From positions 1-34,557 of the IMG/VR virus record IMGVR_UViG_3300035162_000704: 34,557 nt of DNA; one strand, written 5' to 3'. This DNA comes from a virus. Below the pieces are notes generated by a model that was not told the origin of the DNA, did not search any database, and saw only the letters and a program-made list of their open reading frames with translations. The first letter of the stretch is position 1; each line of letters begins with the position of its first letter. Below are positions 32,552 to 34,557 of this stretch, piece after piece. The position numbers and the translations under genes were made by a program.

Positions 32552-33160
32552 CTAGTCTTTCTTTTTGAGTGATGCGCGGGTCTTAGAGTCCAGCAGCGTC
32601 CACAGAGCAAGTTTCTGGGCTTCTTCTAAGTTAGCGCTAATGACAATCTGTTTAGCCTTGGCTGGGTCTTCTGTGACCGCCTCTCTCAGCACATCAGATA
32701 GCTCCACCAGTTCGCTCATTTCGTCATCTGTGACCAACTCGCGTGCGCCTTGGTTTGGCGTAATGATTGGGTCTTTCTTGGCTTCTAGCGGCTTGCTTGC
32801 GTCTAATATGTCATGCTCCACAATCTCTAGCGCAGCCATCCACAAGTACCTACGGTTGTACGTCTCAACAGCGCCCAAGTTTTGGATGGGGTGAACGCCT
32901 TTTAAGCTGGCATCAGCCATCGGGCTGGTGATAACAATTTCGGTTTGGTCGTGTACGTCTGTGATTGTCAGGATAGCCAATTCCTTGCCAAAACTCACGT
33001 AGCCGCACAAACCAATGCGAAAAAAGATGCTTTGAATCTGTGGCAAGAAATCGCTCAGTTCAAAATAGTTGTATCCAGCAAACTTGTTTTTGCCCGACTT
33101 GCTCAGTTTCTCTGCTTGCAGGTCAACCCTTGCCTGCATCAGCTTTAAATGTACGCTCAT
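32552..33160 (-). CDS. erf: Erf-family single-strand annealing protein
   Basis: KNKFAGYNYFELSDFLPQIQSIF...GAVETYNRRYLWMAALEIVEHD matches the ERF-superfamily pattern. AAGGGGA SD. Confidence 0.8.
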   Translation of the reverse strand: MSVHLKLMQARVDLQAEKLSKSGKNKFAGYNYFELSDFLPQIQSIFFRIGLCGYVSFGKELAILTITDVHDQTEIVITSPMADASLKGVHPIQNLGAVETYNRRYLWMAALEIVEHDILDASKPLEAKKDPIITPNQGARELVTDDEMSELVELSDVLREAVTEDPAKAKQIVISANLEEAQKLALWTLLDSKTRASLKKKD

Positions 33161-33171
33161 TATTTCCCCTT

Positions 33172-33363
33172 TTAGTTTGCGACAAGAATTGTGTCGAAAT
33201 GCTCTGCGCCAAAAACGGTGCGCTCAAAGTACGGCATATCGCCCTTATCCATCTTGTTTTCCAAGTCCATGACGGCATCAATGTAGCTGTCATCTAAGTG
33301 ACTAATCAAAGCCTTGAGCTTAACTTGCCCGGACTCATTAAGTGAGTAAAGTGTTCGTGTCAT
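33172..33363 (-). CDS. Hypothetical early protein (63 aa)
   Basis: AACAGGAGAG SD. Confidence 0.6.
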   Translation of the reverse strand: MTRTLYSLNESGQVKLKALISHLDDSYIDAVMDLENKMDKGDMPYFERTVFGAEHFDTILVAN

Positions 33364-33375
33364 TGCTCTCTCCTG

Positions 33376-33606
33376 TTAGTTGTTCCATGAGAATTCGGGC
33401 TTGCTTTCCTGCCAAGCCCTGTCTACCTCTGCTTTTAGTTCTGCTTCTAGTCCCAACACAGTGACACCAAAATGCAGGGCAACAGCCGCTACAGAGACGG
33501 CGTATATTTTGTCACTGTCGTCCCAGCCGTTATGCTGCATCTCCTGCATCTCATGGTCAAGCATCTCTACTGCCTCATCGATGTCTATGGTTTTAATATC
33601 TTGCAT
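33376..33606 (-). CDS. Hypothetical early protein (76 aa), first gene of the leftward arm
   Basis: I prefer ATG 33606, preceded by AACAGGAGATTGAAA, over the track start at 33657. Confidence 0.6.
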   Translation of the reverse strand: MQDIKTIDIDEAVEMLDHEMQEMQHNGWDDSDKIYAVSVAAVALHFGVTVLGLEAELKAEVDRAWQESKPEFSWNN

Positions 33607-33620
33607 TTTCAATCTCCTGT

Positions 33621-33660
33621 TGTGTTGCGATGTGTTTATAGTATCATACAAATTCACACA
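33621..33660 (-). promoter_or_regulatory. 40-bp dyad operator-like element over the first leftward promoter (extended -10 TGaTACTAT on the minus strand, 33638-33646)
   Basis: The plus strand reads TGTGT tgcga TGTGT ttatagtatc ATACA aattc ACACA. Same architecture as 31781-31820. Confidence 0.55.
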
Positions 33661-33666
33661 AAAGCT

Positions 33667-33680
33667 AGGTGTTTACACCT
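33667..33680. promoter_or_regulatory. 14-bp palindrome AGGTGT-TT-ACACCT in the divergent control region
   Basis: Perfect 6-bp arms read directly. It lies between the leftward and rightward promoter candidates. Confidence 0.4.
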
Positions 33681-33681
33681 A

Positions 33682-33711
33682 TTCACAAAAATAATTTTAA
33701 ACTCACATAAT
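33682..33711 (+). promoter_or_regulatory. Candidate rightward promoter TTCACA-N18-CATAAT
   Basis: The hexamers are read directly. The -10 ends 5 nt before ATG 33717, which has no SD. Confidence 0.35.
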
Positions 33712-33716
33712 CCAGC

Positions 33717-33893
33717 ATGAACCAAACATTTCAAGACTTTATGGCCGACCTTACGGTACTTGTTCGGAATCAGCCGGACACTGACATTGAGGCGGTCTTG
33801 TGGCTTAACAGCCTGACTTATAACTGCGTCATGGCTGCTGAAAAAATACAGCGCAATGACCTAAGCAAAGAGAATTTTGGAGGTACAGATTGA
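33717..33893 (+). CDS. Hypothetical 58-aa protein, first rightward ORF (possibly leaderless)
   Basis: MNQTFQDFMADLTVLVRNQPDTDIEAVLWLNSLTYNCVMAAEKIQRNDLSKENFGGTD. No SD. Below the track cutoff. Confidence 0.4.
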   Translation: MNQTFQDFMADLTVLVRNQPDTDIEAVLWLNSLTYNCVMAAEKIQRNDLSKENFGGTD

Positions 33894-33906
33894 AACGATG
33901 AAAGCG

Positions 33907-33915
33907 TGCTATAGT
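33907..33915 (+). promoter_or_regulatory. Candidate extended -10 promoter TGcTATAGT
   Basis: Read directly in the 123-nt gap upstream of ATG 34017. Confidence 0.35.
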
Positions 33916-34016
33916 TTTTACAGACGCGGCTAGGTTGGGATTTGCTCCCCGACCGAAAGGAGTTACCCCTTCTCTTGCCGTTGTTTCTTTCAAAGGGCGT
34001 TAAAAAAGGAAGCATC

Positions 34017-34226
34017 ATGGGCTTTGGATTTTTCAGGGAAAACCGTCTTCGCGTCTACGGCGATGGAGAGGGCAACATTGTTATCGCGGAATACATTGAT
34101 GACGATTGTGAAGTACCAATCAACAAAATTACTATTTCTTGGGAGCGCTTTGAGCAATTCCAAAACTACTTTAATGATTTAAGGGTGGAGGCGTTCGCCT
34201 CAAGTGAGGTCAGTGATGAAGCCTAA
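34017..34226 (+). CDS. Hypothetical protein (69 aa)
   Basis: AAGGAAG SD before ATG 34017, which is internal to track ORF 33942..34226. It overlaps the start of the replication gene. Confidence 0.6.
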   Translation: MGFGFFRENRLRVYGDGEGNIVIAEYIDDDCEVPINKITISWERFEQFQNYFNDLRVEAFASSEVSDEA

Positions 34227-34557
34227 AAATTGGACGCACTTTCAGCACTACAAAGACCGCTGCCCACCTTGGATTAAATTGCATAAAGAGTTGTTAAACG
34301 ACCGTTCTTTTATGACTCTGCCAACCGCTAGCAAGGCGCTAGCACCTTTGTTGTGGTTGCTAGCAAGTGAGACAAAGGACGGCTCATTTGATGCCTCTAT
34401 TGATGAGTTGGTGTTTCGACTGCGTATGCCTGAGTCTGACATTAAGACTGGACTCAAGTCTTTGATTGATAAAGGTTTTTTTATTGACGATAGCAACGTG
34501 CTAGCAGACCGCTATCAAGATGCTATACCAGAGACAGAGACAGAGACAGAGACAGAG
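34216..34557 (+). CDS. Replication initiation protein, N-terminal part. The gene continues across the circular junction into 2..520, about 244 aa in total.
   Basis: ATG at 34216 overlaps the stop of the upstream ORF. The reading frame runs through the overlap into ORF 32..520. N-terminal sequence: MKPKNWTHFQHYKDRCPPWIKLHKELLNDRSFMTLPTASKALAPLLWLLASE, typical of phage replication/DnaD-O-like N-termini. Confidence 0.75.
   Translation, partial: MKPKNWTHFQHYKDRCPPWIKLHKELLNDRSFMTLPTASKALAPLLWLLASETKDGSFDASIDELVFRLRMPESDIKTGLKSLIDKGFFIDDSNVLADRYQDAIPETETETETE
34431..34557. repeat. Right copy of the 127-bp terminal overlap
   Basis: Identical to bases 1-127. Confidence 0.95.

Larger units (their letters stand above)
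1..34430. mobile_element. Complete tailed-phage genome, podovirus-like (no tape measure or sheath seen), one circular unit
   Basis: Terminal 127-bp identity closes the sequence. It carries a full set of packaging, head, tail-fibre, lysis, replication and recombination genes in three coherent transcription arms. Confidence 0.85.

Overview
The window is one complete tailed-phage genome, closed into a circle. Bases 1-127 are identical to 34431-34557, so the unique unit is 34,430 bp. The overlap looks like an assembler k-mer artefact, not a proven physical terminal repeat. I saw no tRNA, rRNA, CRISPR array, integrase, reverse transcriptase or DNA polymerase.

Gene layout:
- Rightward replication and recombination arm (33717 through the junction to 2779). 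It holds a replication-initiator gene that spans the junction, an HTH protein, NinB and NinG/Rap.
- Long rightward late arm (2869-30373). In order: three tiny basic ORFs, a ParB-like + ART-like fusion protein, TerS, TerL, portal, a low-complexity 586-aa protein, scaffold, SU10-type capsid, adaptor/nozzle candidates, three internal-virion-like proteins, a 1134-aa tail fibre, a duplicated receptor-binding cassette, a fibre-assembly chaperone and a lysis cassette ending in an M15 endolysin.
- Leftward early arm (33606-30320). It holds Erf, a mini-SSB with a DDDMPF tail, an Arc-like ribbon-helix-helix gene missed by the ORF track, and seven coupled ORFs of 56-79 aa.

Observations most worth follow-up:
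1. The ParB-like/ADP-ribosyltransferase-like polyvalent ORF next to the packaging genes.
2. A tandemly duplicated two-part receptor-binding cassette, whose large proteins are built from six internal repeats.
3. A 40-bp dyad element, TGTGT-N5-TGT(G/A)T-N10-A(C/T)ACA-N5-ACACA, present twice over the two early leftward promoters. One copy lies directly downstream of the Arc-like gene and controls the small-ORF operon.
4. A recurrent TTG(N)TAAAAT extended -10 motif in late intergenic gaps, with two apparently leaderless gene starts.
5. A (GAGACA)n microsatellite in the linker of the replication protein.

All functional calls come from motifs read by eye. None is verified by a database search.
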